From NCBI GenBank assembly GCA_000934665.2, contig JYFJ02002464.1, positions 1-56,640 of the forward strand: 56,640 nt of DNA, read 5' to 3'. Under the pieces are notes generated by a model. The model did no database searches and was not told where the DNA came from. It worked only from the letters and a program-made list of their open reading frames with translations. A program made the position numbers and the translations under genes. Shown in pieces: positions 1 to 11,774 of the stretch. Position 1 is the stretch's first letter, and each line of letters begins with the position of its first letter. Source of the DNA: Catajapyx aquilonaris (taxonomy: Eukaryota).

Positions 1-937
1 GGTGCAGTGCGGCATTGACAGGCGAGAGGCGCTTCCCTGAGTGGGAATCGATAGGCGACTGCCCCCTTCCGTACACCCCCATGGTAACCCCCCCTCTTCA
101 AAACCGTACTGATACCTCCTTAACTAATTGGCTGACGTCACCCTCATATGCACACACACACACGCTCGCCAAGTCGCCAAAATTCCGCCTCCTGCAAAAT
201 AAATGATCGGAACAAAAGGCGCATGTTAACCACCAGCGAGCCCTTCAAATCCAGCCACACATTTCTGCGGTATGGCCAAATAATTTAATGATATTTACCT
301 AACCGTGGCGTGACTCGATTCCCTAGATACGACCTGGCTGCCATGACTACTACAAAGTACACATGCCTCGGCCTACAACTTCTGATCGATATCACCAATT
401 AACACGCCCCAACCATGTGAGTGCTCATTAACATTAGGGAGTCCTTTTCCTTGGTTCCGAGGAAACATTGTCCAACAGCCTCATCCTCCTTCCAAGAAGC
501 ATGAACTGCCGAGCAAAAGGATGCCATGCAGAGGGGGTGTGTAGAGGGTGGGTGGGGGAGTCTTTGCGGTCCCCCATTGATCGTGCTGCGGACTACTCGG
601 CGGCCACACCATTGCCTCTCCCCTCTAGCACGTTTTCGTGCATTTTTTTTAAAGGGGAGGGTTGGGTGGGGGTGCAGGGAGAGAAACATCCCCCCCATCT
701 ACCCCCAGACTGTGCCCGACGACTGAGATCAATCCGGACGTCACCTCCGGGCACTAAGCCACATGCAACTCCCCCCCTCATCTTCCTTTGTCAGCGCCAC
801 CTCTTGACTGACCCTTCCCACCCCTCCTATTGATCTCTACCTCCTGGGGCAATCACGACCCGCCATGTCACCATGAGACATATCCAGTCAAGTGCCATCC
901 CCACCTCGCAGCAGTGGGTCACTACTGGCCTGCCACA

Positions 938-1215
938 CAAAAAAAACCGTATCTGCACTGGACGTCCTACCATACATGTATAACGTACAAAGTCTGTCCA
1001 TATATGTTTCTTACCATGCAAAAAAGCCGTATCTGCACTAAAGACATCCTATCTTACATGTTGTAAAGCAGAAAGTGAGTCCGTATGTTCATATGTCCGG
1101 TCTACCTAACCCACTTCTGGACTGCTGAGACTGCTGAAATCTTATCTTACATGTATAAAGCAGAAAGTTGTACGTATGTCTGGGGTGCCGAACCCACTTC
1201 TGGACTACTGAGACA
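938..1215. repeat. Degenerate local tandem duplications (units of roughly 80-100 bp)
   Basis: AAAA.CCGTATCTGCACT occurs near 940 and 1021. TATCTTACATGT..TAAAGCAGAAAGT occurs near 1050 and 1143. AACCCACTTCTGGACT.CTGAGAC occurs near 1108 and 1191. Confidence 0.7.
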
Positions 1216-2434
1216 ACTTGGCACATTGATGGCTTACATGCCTCTAGTTCAGGGAAAAGTCCTAAAACCGGTACCATAAATCTATGATTTTTCTAGTGCA
1301 TCGTAACACGATTGATTTCATTCAATTTTTGGATTATTTACATGTAATGTTTGCTAGGACGCTCTGCACTTGACATATCACATTGCACGCATTGCAGGCT
1401 TTTTTTTTTTTTTTCGTGTGGTCAGCTAAGTGGCCGGAAAAATCCATCTCGATGCCCATGCTAGTGTTTGACAGCCTGGTTGACAGACGAGCCCTGGTAA
1501 TGGCCCAGGGCCAGACACTGCAGACCTCCCTTGAGGAGGGGGACACCCTCCCACAGAACCCAACCATCCGTGACATGTGGCTCCTTTCCTCAACCCCCCC
1601 TCATGAACCAAAACTGAGCCATATTTCCGTTCTTGGGCGGCACTCGACCCCTCCCCGACTCTCGGCAGACTCCCCTCTATTTATAGAGGGTCGCATAAAT
1701 CGACCAGACACATGACCATAAACAAATGATACCAGAACAGCCCCCCTACACTGCATACCAGTCTCCATTGCATCATGCTTGGGACATCATTGAATGTTAT
1801 TGGTTATGAAACACTTACGGCATCTGTTCTAATTGCAAAATAAGTAAAGCTATAGGTCTTGAACCTCTTTGTTTACACAAGTTTGCATTAGAATTAAGAC
1901 CTATATTATATACGGGGATATTAAAGTGCACATGATGCATTTCACTGCAGCGAGCTCTAAGAAATAACAAAAAATGCATGCACCATCAGGGCAACTGCAC
2001 ACAGTCCACTTCTGCTTCCTATATACCGCCACGTACTTTAGGATTGCTTTTGCTACAAAATGAAGTGCATCCTGGGAAATGGTCGGTTTGAACACAATCA
2101 GGCATTGTCAGTCTATCAATTCGTGGCACCCAAGGAGGTAACGAAGGTTGCCAGTCGGTTGCCAGGAAGTGCGGAGAGGTGCCTGTCCTACACTCCTAAA
2201 TGAAAAGGCAGCTGACTTGGCAGAAACAGGGTTCGGTTATTAGGACGTCACATGGGAAGCAGCCGTGGACTGTGTCTAGTCTTGTATACAGAAAGCTCGA
2301 GAGACTGAGTGAGAGAGATGCTTGAGGAAGTAGTGTTCAGTGAGTGAATTATAGCCAGTCTCCTCCTATCTACACCTCAGGCACACACTCTGCACCTCCA
2401 TCTCTCGCTTCTCTCTCCAGACTTCTTCATTTAC

Positions 2435-5400
2435 CTGGAGTGGTGATGGGGTTTGCTGGTTGGAAAGGTCCCCTGATCATCGGTGCTTCTGGGCTGCTGG
2501 CTGCAGACTTGACTACTCTCTCTTCAACTTTGGGTGAAACAGTCTTCCGCTGCGGAGCAGGCTCTGACACCCGCCCTGAAGCGCTGCGAGGTGCCTGTTA
2601 ATTAAAACACCTTGTAAGTTCTAATACATGGTGCCAGGTTAACAGTCAAAGTGCATCGTTAATATTAGCCTGGATCCTTGGGACAATTTAGTAAATCTAC
2701 TGCAGAGAGATGAGAGTCTGATGGAAGCGCAATATGAATCTAAATTCAGGTTTTCTGTGCCGGTGCTCATATGTGTGACTCACTGGCAAAGCACCTGCGC
2801 CAGTGACGGAGAAAGCATGTAGCACACCAGGTCATGCAGTCCAACTCCATAAATAACCTATTCTGAAGTTGTCTGTATACAAGAGAAGTCTGGATGACCA
2901 ACACTACTGTATATTCATGACGTAAGGTATTAATATGATTCCTACGCATCTGCCTGCTAGTCGTCCTTTGCTTCCTTCCTTTCTGTAACGTGGTACAGTA
3001 CACCTGCTATGTCACTCACCCTGAATTATTTATATGTTGAATCCCTTTGCAGAGGTATAATTAGGAGGATTTGATAACATTTATGTATTTCGAAGGCGGG
3101 AAAGAGCACTGTACTCACCAATGACTACATCATGAGAGATCACACAAAAGGACACTACTGTCAAAAAAGCATATTATTCATAATGAGAAACTTCAATTAC
3201 ATAAAAAACTATGAGTAGCAAACCAGAACAGACTAAATTGGGCCAATGGCCAGAGAACTGCAGCTAATCTGAGTTGAAATACATTGCTTCAATTACCATG
3301 CAGCTCGAGTGCAATGCCTGGCCCAGCATGTAATTCTACCTAATCCTTGAAACCTGCGAGTAAATACTGACCATTTTCTCAGATCGCTCTCCGGATGGAA
3401 GCCTAGCAACACAGACGTCAGGTCCATCTTCAGGGGGTGGAGGGATAGCCATCCAGTTGTACTGTCTCTTTTCCACAGGTAGGCCCCAACGTTCGTACTC
3501 CAGGGATTGTGTTCGAAGAGTCTCGTAACAGTCAAGGCAAACAACCACAAACTCCCCATTTTCTAATGACAAACTGCCATCTGGTTGTCTGTGATTCTTC
3601 AGAAATGGGAAATCTTTCATGGGGAGAGCTCTCACTCGCTTGCGGTACGTTGCAATACCGCACACATAACAGATGTAATCATGCACGTTATATGCACGGT
3701 GGGTAGGAAGTGATGCTGATCCCGATTCATGAGCACGCCACTGGCCCATGACACAATGGTAACAGAATGTGCACACAAGAGCCGAACCATCTTCTTGCAA
3801 CTGTTCAGCATTTGGGAGTGGGGTGTGACCAGAGAGGAATGGAAAATATGGTGCATTACGGCCTTGCGGCCGTGAATACACAACCCGCGCAAAGGTCAAG
3901 TCAGAGTGCAACCCACAAAGGAAGCAGTAAATTGAGCTGTTACGCCCTGTGGTTGTCCCTTGTTGTGCTGAAGTTGGAACTCTTGTCATGGTGTACTGGC
4001 GTCTCTCAAGTGGTACTCGATCCTTCTCAAAGGATTCCCACTGTATGGACAGTGATGCAATGCATGTTGGACATGCAAGCACACGTCCATGCACATCCGA
4101 CACACTTCCAGGCACACCTCGAGTACCCCCAGGGCCACCCCGCAAGAACGGAAAATGCATTGCATGGCTGTTCATACCCTCTGGAAGTGTTGAAAGCCAT
4201 CTGAGCTGCTCCTGCACAAAAGGCTGGAGACACACATAGCAGAGGTATTTGTCTGGTTCTGTCTGTTGTGGGGCAGGGGGAGGAGGTGCCAAGGGAGTGG
4301 AGGTGGGTGGGATGGGTGCAGGAGTAGTAGATCGGGGCTGAGGAGGTGTGGCACGAGGAGTGAGGTCATACGGGCGATATTTTACAGATGAGTCCAAGTG
4401 TGAGGAAGGCTTTTCTGGAGGTTTCTTCCCAGGGGAAGGCTCACGATCGAACTTTCCAAACACATGCAGCTTGTCCGGGATGGCTTTGTGGCATATGGCA
4501 CATACCTGGAAATTGAAAAAATTGCCAATATAATTATGCAGAGGATAGGGCAGCCAATATATTTTTGCATGGTAATTATTTTCCAATATAAAAGCTATTA
4601 ACTCTTACTTGCAAATTTTGAGCAATTACATGCAGATGTGAAAGAATCTTCTCTTTAGGGTTTCTTCATAAAGCAATGCATTACATTATTATTAGCAGAT
4701 AAATAAATAATATTGTCATTAACCTTGTGAGTCTCTAAGAGCAGAACATGCTTGTTAAGATTTTTTATTAAAGGCAAATGTCAGCACTAATTACTTTATT
4801 GTCATCCTATCTCACTACAATTAACCTTCCTGAAACCATAATAATTATATTGTAATCTTCACTAGACGACATGGATTGCTCTGCTCTCCCCCGACTTCAT
4901 AGCATGTATGCGATAAGAATTGATTGCAGCGAATTAAGAGTTTCTTCCCCTTCGCCCCTGCCCATTGCAGAGAGATCCACATTAATCCATGCATCTAGAC
5001 AAAAGCTGATTCATCCAGATATATCCATATGCTATCAGTACCCAGCCAAGGTTTACTTGGAATTCCTTCTGAACATAATTGAGTTCTACTGACGATAAGA
5101 GAAAAATTTCTTTATGGAGCTTCGCAGAAACATTCACCCACTTTTTGGAATGCAGCCTATTCATAGAACAGTTCCGCTGTGCAATTTGTATGATACACTA
5201 ACAAGTCTTTGTGTTATTCTTGAATCTGGACAACTGATTTTCTTCATTTTTTTTTTTTACAACATGCAGAGTTTTCAATACTCTGAAAAGCATGTCTGTG
5301 TGCAAAGGAACTTCAACTAGTGTTTAAGAAAATTGAATTTCTGCAAATTTCTTCTATTTCTTCTATTTTTCTTCCATTTTTAAAGTACACATCCAATTGA

Positions 5401-8400
5401 TCACATTGCAGAAAGTTATAAAAATGCACCATAATTATTTTCAAAGGGAATGTCTGCACACACTGCAAAGAAAAGCAATATTTCGCAGGCCACTTCCACC
5501 GCATCAACATGTGAAACTAATAAAATGACACAATGCCTCGCACAACTTGTAAGTTAGCTTGAGTTCAAAACCAACAGATTGTGCAGAATGCGACACATGA
5601 AATGTCCACATAAAAATTATGAAATATTCTGAGGTCTTTAATGCAAACATCTGGATGGAATATGACATGCTTCAACTTGTAATAAGCTACTCTCTTTGGA
5701 CTTTTAAGCCTAATTTGCCTGAAAAGTTTGAGGCACAGTTTAGATTGTTGGAAACAAACAGATTTAGATAGTCACCTGGACCAAACCCTGCGGTGAGATG
5801 GGACTTGCTCCAGGTGGTGTCCTGAGTGCCTCAATAAACGGAAAGTAGGGTTCCCCTTCTGCATTAGGCCTGCAATACACCAGCCTCACACTTGAAGATG
5901 GGTACTCCAATGCACAGGTGTAGCACGTGAAAGTGGTGGTGCCATCCATTATCTTGGCCTGTCTCCGCCTCAAAAAGTACACCCTGTCTGCATGTGGTGT
6001 GTGAGCTGCCTGGTAGCTGTCCCATTGGCACAGCAAATGTGCCCGGCAGTCCACACATGCCTGTACTTGGCCTGATGAGTCCATTGGTCGTGATCTGAGT
6101 GAGAAGTTTCCAGTGTTACATTATTACACATTATAATATGTATGTTTATATATGATAGCTGTGGATGAATACATACCTTGAAGGCCTTGCATGAAGCATC
6201 AGTGTTGGGAAGAAGCTGCCCTCATCCGCAGGCTTGGCAGACACTTCACGCAATGAACCTCTTGGAAACTCCTCCCCGCACACATAGCAAACCTCAGTAG
6301 TGGAATTCTTGTCGGGCATTGACAGGTCTAAAATCTCAGGCCCTGATAGTATGCTGATGGCTACGTCACTGGCAATTCCTCCAGGGCTACAACTTACAGG
6401 GAAGCTACAAGCAGAGACTGCAGAGGCAGCAGAACTACGAGATGCCATGTTGTCTCTGGCACTGCGGAGGTCTAAGGCTGCCCCTGCAGGTGCCCCTGAA
6501 AATCAATATAAATTTGTATTAGCCATGACGTATGAAACATTCTCAAAGCAACTGTTAGAATGCAGTAACAAAGGCCACAAATTCTTAGAATGCCGTTTAA
6601 GATAGGGCCTTCCATGAAAATGTTATGGCCCATTGGCACATCTTGATACAAACTGTACGTGCTTGGGAAATAAGCATCCTCACACAACATTGCTAACATC
6701 TGCAAACAAACAATGACACATGAACTGTCCTACCATAAGTGCATGTTGCACTTGAAACTTACATTATAGTTACGTTCCCTTAAATAATGAGTCCTAACAC
6801 AAAATAGCTATATACACACTGAAATAGTGTGACATGAATTGAAATCGCTTCACAGGACACTGCTACCTTGAAGATTAAACCAAAATTTGAACGCTATCCC
6901 ATTCTACACTCTGTGTAATAGTAACAAGCTGCGCAACCTCCCAAAGACCAGAGATGCAATACTCTGTGATGCAGTGCTAGCCAAGCACACAGGATCTATT
7001 TTCAGATTGAAAAAACACAACCAGATGTAGAGAAGAGGAGGCTTGTTTAAGATGCATGTACTCAAATGGCAAAAATACACTTGCTGAATCTCCGCATCTC
7101 CAAAGTAAGTACCGTGCCTTCCAGACCGAACACATGTGACCCTTCACAACGAGGTCGGCAATAAATAGCCATCTAGTTTCAGTTTGTCTTTCAAAACAGA
7201 TCCGTGATGTGGCTACCTCATCAAAACCTGTGTCATTTACACCCAGCTGGTACACCGCACTGCAATCCAACAGCGAGTTACTTGGTTGGTTGCACCAGCA
7301 ATTTCCACATACTTCACTTGCTCAATACCAGTATTTACACTTGACAGATGGCTTGTTCTAAAATAAGCACTTAAAGACCAGGAGAGTGTCACTTGCCGGA
7401 AGTGCAATTATAAAAATAGGCCTCCAAAAAACACCACTGCACTGGCATAATGCACAACAACACAATTTACGCATGAGGCCCAAGGTTCATGGATATTTTT
7501 GAGACATGTAAATATCACTTCTGGCTTACAACACATTTAACCAGTTACATGTAAACAGTGATTTGGAAGCTTCACAGTAAGACATTTTCTGTAAGACATT
7601 GCAGCATCTCGCTAATTTAAACCTCGACTCCATATCATCTGTTTCAAAAGCCATAGGTGTCAATTTGGCATATCCTCACCCCTGTCCTCCGCACGCCTAG
7701 TGTCCCATCTGACAGTTCAGGAAAAGACTAGTGTTTGCAAGCTTTCCTGCCTGAGATCTTACATTTGAAAGGCATGTCAAATACTCTATTGCAGGTCTTT
7801 ATCCTCCAAAATGAAAACTATGACATCAGCATGACCTAATTTACTACCCAATTCATGCCTGAGGGTCAAAAGAATTGCCAAGGAAACAAAGATATGATAC
7901 GCAGGTAACTTGCGGTCTATTCTAGGACATGAATCACTTTTACACTGCAGGCAAATAAGAGTCCATTTCATTCATGTTGAAGGCACTCCTTCAAAGAAAA
8001 CTATGCATTATGCCTATTTTACTTTGCAAATCGGATTTATGGTGCACAATGAGCACAACAGTGTTAATGAGAAATGTGCAAGCTATTATTGCGAAGGTGG
8101 CGGCTGGAACAAAGATACGATAAGAAAATGCTGCAAATTTGAATATTTTGTTAATATCAAACAGGTGCTAGGTGATTTGAATGCACAGGAATTTTACTTT
8201 TTCTACCAGTTACACCTGAGGCACAATTGTACAGGTGTACACTGTTCATTTAATGTGAACTTTAATTAAACTTATGATTACACAATACCAGTTCCTCATT
8301 GTAACACACCATTCGAAGGAACATTACACTGCTGCAGTAATACAGTCTGCGTATATGGTGACTTTTAAGTAGCGACTGGACCCACGAGCAGGGAAGGGAC

Positions 8401-9008
8401 GTTCAGGTTCAAACCATACAAATTCAATTTGCCACCTTACAATGTGCAGTGGTATCTTTTGGTGCAACAGTCACTAATGCATCCTATGCTGAAGGTTACA
8501 AAAGGCTGTTAGCAAATCCTAATTCAAGACATTCAAAGTTTTCACCGTGCACCAACAGCAAAAAAAATGAGGTCATCTCAGAATTATTTAAACCTGACAT
8601 TTTACCTGCTTCGTTGTCTCTGTCCGGCATAGGTAATCCTAGAAGCTGTGCTGCAAACTCTCCTTGTAAGCTGACGTCTGCTCCAGTGTAGGGCCCACCA
8701 TCCACTCTCTTGAGCCAATAGAGCCGTCTTGAGTGCGGGGTCCGTTCCTGTTCATGCAGGTCCCACTGCTGAACCAGCAGGGAGTAGCAGAGAAAGCAGG
8801 CCCCCACAGTCCCATCCCCGGAGGGAAGCTCACTCTCTGTGGGGGCCTTATGCTGCTCCAGAAAGGGAAAATAGGGGCCGTTCTCCCTAGCCTGGGTATG
8901 TAGCACGTACTGAGCACTGCGCTGCCTTCCACACACAAAGCACGCACAGTTGGATCCACCCCCAAGGACTGAGTTCTCGCACACCTCCTTCTTCACATGT
9001 AGGGCCAT
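2435..9008 (-). CDS. px: Plexus/GSE1-like nuclear protein with repeated CxxC...PYFPFL...CxxC Cys modules; probably 3'-partial
   Basis: Phase-consistent GT-AG exons: 9008-8606, 6495-6177, 6094-5776, 4505-3372, 2594-2435. Repeated modules include CFVCG..PYFPFL..CFLC, CYVCG..FFPTL..CVDC, CYTCA..PYFPFI..CAIC and CFLCG..PYFPFL..CTFC. The last visible exon ends at CCAG|gtaaat; read-through would stop at 2427. The orthology call is from recollection of the family, not a search. Confidence 0.7.
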
Positions 9009-10351
9009 CACTCACTTCAGGAGTTCATTCTGAAATGGAAGAGTTTCAGTTTTAAACTTGTCACATGTCTGATCCTCTGAATATTCTCTAGCCGACATTA
9101 TGCGATATACACTCGACCCTGTACTGTACACAGCTTAGTCAAATATATTTGATCATGGCCCAGGTAAATGTTATCTAAAACTGGCTGTATCTCTTGCAGT
9201 GTTATCATTCGTGTAATTAACTGGGTTTAAATGTCATACAAGAGGACAGAGTTTTACCTCCATGCTGAGGACTATCCGGTTCTGAAAAATGCAAGTCAGA
9301 AGGGGGTAATCAGCTTAATCTTATCAGAGGTCAGGTCCAACTCATCATGACCTTTACGTACCCCCAAAAATTTCAGCACGCACTTGTGTGCTTACTAGAT
9401 CACAATTCCCACCCATCACCCCCCCTCCCTACTCCATACCCTGTCAGGGCTGTCATTTGGCAACACCCAAAGCCACACACGAACTTTGACATTAACTGGT
9501 CCAAACCAGTTCAAATGTTTGCTTTTTATGGCACCACTTCTCCTTTACTTTTTTTTTGTGTGTGCCTATCCACAATCACAACATCTGAGAGAGCTACATT
9601 CCAAACAATTTCCGGTACACAACAAGGACAATTGGTATCACCTTGCACTTCGGTGTACAAACAGAAACCATTGCACCATTCACACGTATGACGCCGTGGT
9701 TTAGTGATACTTCAATTGTTTGCTGCGTGGGGGAGGTTAAACAAAGTTAGGTGAGCGTCGGAGATGAGTCGCCTTAGATTTGGTCTCAAAATAAACTGCC
9801 TTGTCAGTCCGCTTCAGATAATGATGCCAAACATAATCCATTATTCTTACAACAGTACTAACTGGGCCAGGGTCCAGTAAAAATTTATTAACTTATCTTT
9901 CTTCAGGTGGCTTGAAAAACTGTCAGTTTTGCAACTTAAACAGAGTAAAGTATTCCTCATCAGAGGCCTTATGATGTGTCAAGAGAAAATTCTTACTGGC
10001 GAGTATTATCCCACCTGATTGTATAGTTCAAGGCCATGCTGCTGCAGCGAGAATTTCTGCCACTGGATAGAGACTTCTCGACACCGTCACCGAGTACCTG
10101 CGCTGGAGATATGTTGCTTGTTTCTGTCGATGTGTACAACTCTAACGCCTTCATGGGCAACTTCCGTCGAGCATTCTCACCACTACTCCAATCTGAGAGA
10201 AGGCTAGCCAGAAATATTGTCCAGTGTGTTTGTTTCGACCAAAACAAAACACCACAGCTCCAGAGCAGGGCAGTGCCTAGACTACATTAGTATAGAGAAG
10301 GGGCTGTACGCATTGCTGTTGGGCTAAATTTTAAAAATTCTTCAATATGTA

Positions 10352-10688
10352 CAGTGCTGGACATATTAGCCGTCGCTGAATGTTTTTTTCCGGCGGCGAC
10401 GGCGGCGGCGTAACCTGGCAACCCCGTCCGGCGGGCCAATTCAAACATCAGCCCATGGAGTGCTCTTCTATTGTTGCCCCTATTTACAAATCGAGTGAGT
10501 GACACGGACGACCCAGCGACGGGTCTCTTCTGCCTGCGCACTCACTCACTCGATTTGTAAACAGTGGCAACAATGGAAGCGCTCTCCATGGGCTGATGTT
10601 GGAATTGGCCCGCCGGACGGGGTTGCCAGGTTACGCCGCCGCCGTCGGAAAAAAAACCATTCAGCGACGGCTAATTTGTCCAGCACTG
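10352..10688. mobile_element. Tc1/mariner-type palindromic MITE, 337 bp
   Basis: Near-perfect inverted arms of about 150 bp, starting CAGTGCTGGACA.ATTAGCCGTCGCTGAATG and ending CATTCAGCGACGGCTAATTTGTCCAGCACTG. TA flanks both ends (10350-51, 10689-90). The CAGTGCTGG terminus is Tc1-like. Confidence 0.9.
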
Positions 10689-11401
10689 TACCAACAATTT
10701 GGTACCCAGTGAAACCAAGTTACCACTCACACTTGCTGATCTGGTACAGTAACTGATTAAGAAATTACAGAAATTGGGCAGTACTGTCTCTCGTCAAATA
10801 CTACAAATATTTTTTTTGTCAATTGCATTTCAGAAATACTTTTCATTAAAATGTATCTACATTTTTGTTCACATGAATTTAAACGTAACCATAATGGTAT
10901 GCCATTTACGCAGCATGGCGGTAACCCAATTTGTAACCAACCCAATATTTTACACGATTGCAAATCTTGATTCTGTCGGTAATGTTTCGTACTGGTCGTC
11001 CAACAAGTAAGTCACTATTAACTCGCTGTTAAATTCTCGGGTACTGTTCTTTCGAGCATGGTGTCAAGCTCGCACCAACATCTGGCAATGCATTCCGCCT
11101 TAGAATAGCGCTGTCGGTACTGTTGTTCGTGGCACTATTCTACGACTCGGCACAGGTCAACCAACAGCGCATCGTTGCTCGTATGCCACCTGTGGCTGTC
11201 ACCGACGGCAGACAACACGATGCAGCCGGTGCACATGCACACGGCTGTAACCAGTGTGCATCCAACTCTATCGCAGTGCACAGAACCCGAGGGTGACCCA
11301 CACGCTTGTCACAGGTGTCCTCAGAACACTAGGCCTAGGCAGTTCTAAAGTTGCTGTCAGAGGGTGACCACCGACCAGGGGGGGGGGGGGTCAGCGTCTA
11401 C

Positions 11402-11700
11402 CTGGTATCCCCTGTTCCATTATCCGTGGGTCTTGGGGGATTCGACCCGTGGGGTTGTCAGCCAGCCAGGCCCGCCCTTGGTTTCCGCCCCTCCGAGCCG
11501 AATCCACTGTTCACTTCTGGGCCTCCTCGGGCCCTCTATCGGCAGACATTTCTCTCATCCGCCGAGCCGAGCTTTTGCCTTTTTCTCTCTGGCCAAACCT
11601 CCTCGCTTCCTGCCCTTCCCCCGCAGCACCCTCACACACCCAACCAAACGCCATCTGTTGCTCGGGAGGGTAGAAAAACGTTCCATCTAGTGGTCGGGTG
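11402..11700 (-). promoter_or_regulatory. Probable promoter and non-coding first exon of the plexus-like gene
   Basis: GC/CpG-rich block with GC-box-like GGGCGG elements and a candidate donor ACCAG|gtagac near 11401. The ATG-containing exon has an acceptor near 9030, so it needs an upstream exon. Confidence 0.5.
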
Positions 11701-11726
11701 GTGTACAGTGTGTGCCATAACAGCTC

Positions 11727-11736
11727 TTTATTTATT
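11727..11736 (-). terminator. Polyadenylation signal (overlapping AATAAA) of the downstream chitin synthase paralog
   Basis: AATAAATAAA on the minus strand about 40 nt after the TGA at 11775. Confidence 0.55.
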
Positions 11737-11774
11737 GATAAACCCATTTATGTACAAAATATTAGCAAGGAAAA

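Noticed and set aside
4862..4998. Imperfect inverted ends (CTAGA..CATGGATT and AATCCATGCATCTAG)
   Set aside because: Short and mismatched with no TSD. At most an old MITE remnant.
7680..7708. AG/GT-bounded 29-nt segment in a plexus-like intron
   Set aside because: It is not a multiple of three and is incompatible with the phase-1 intron.
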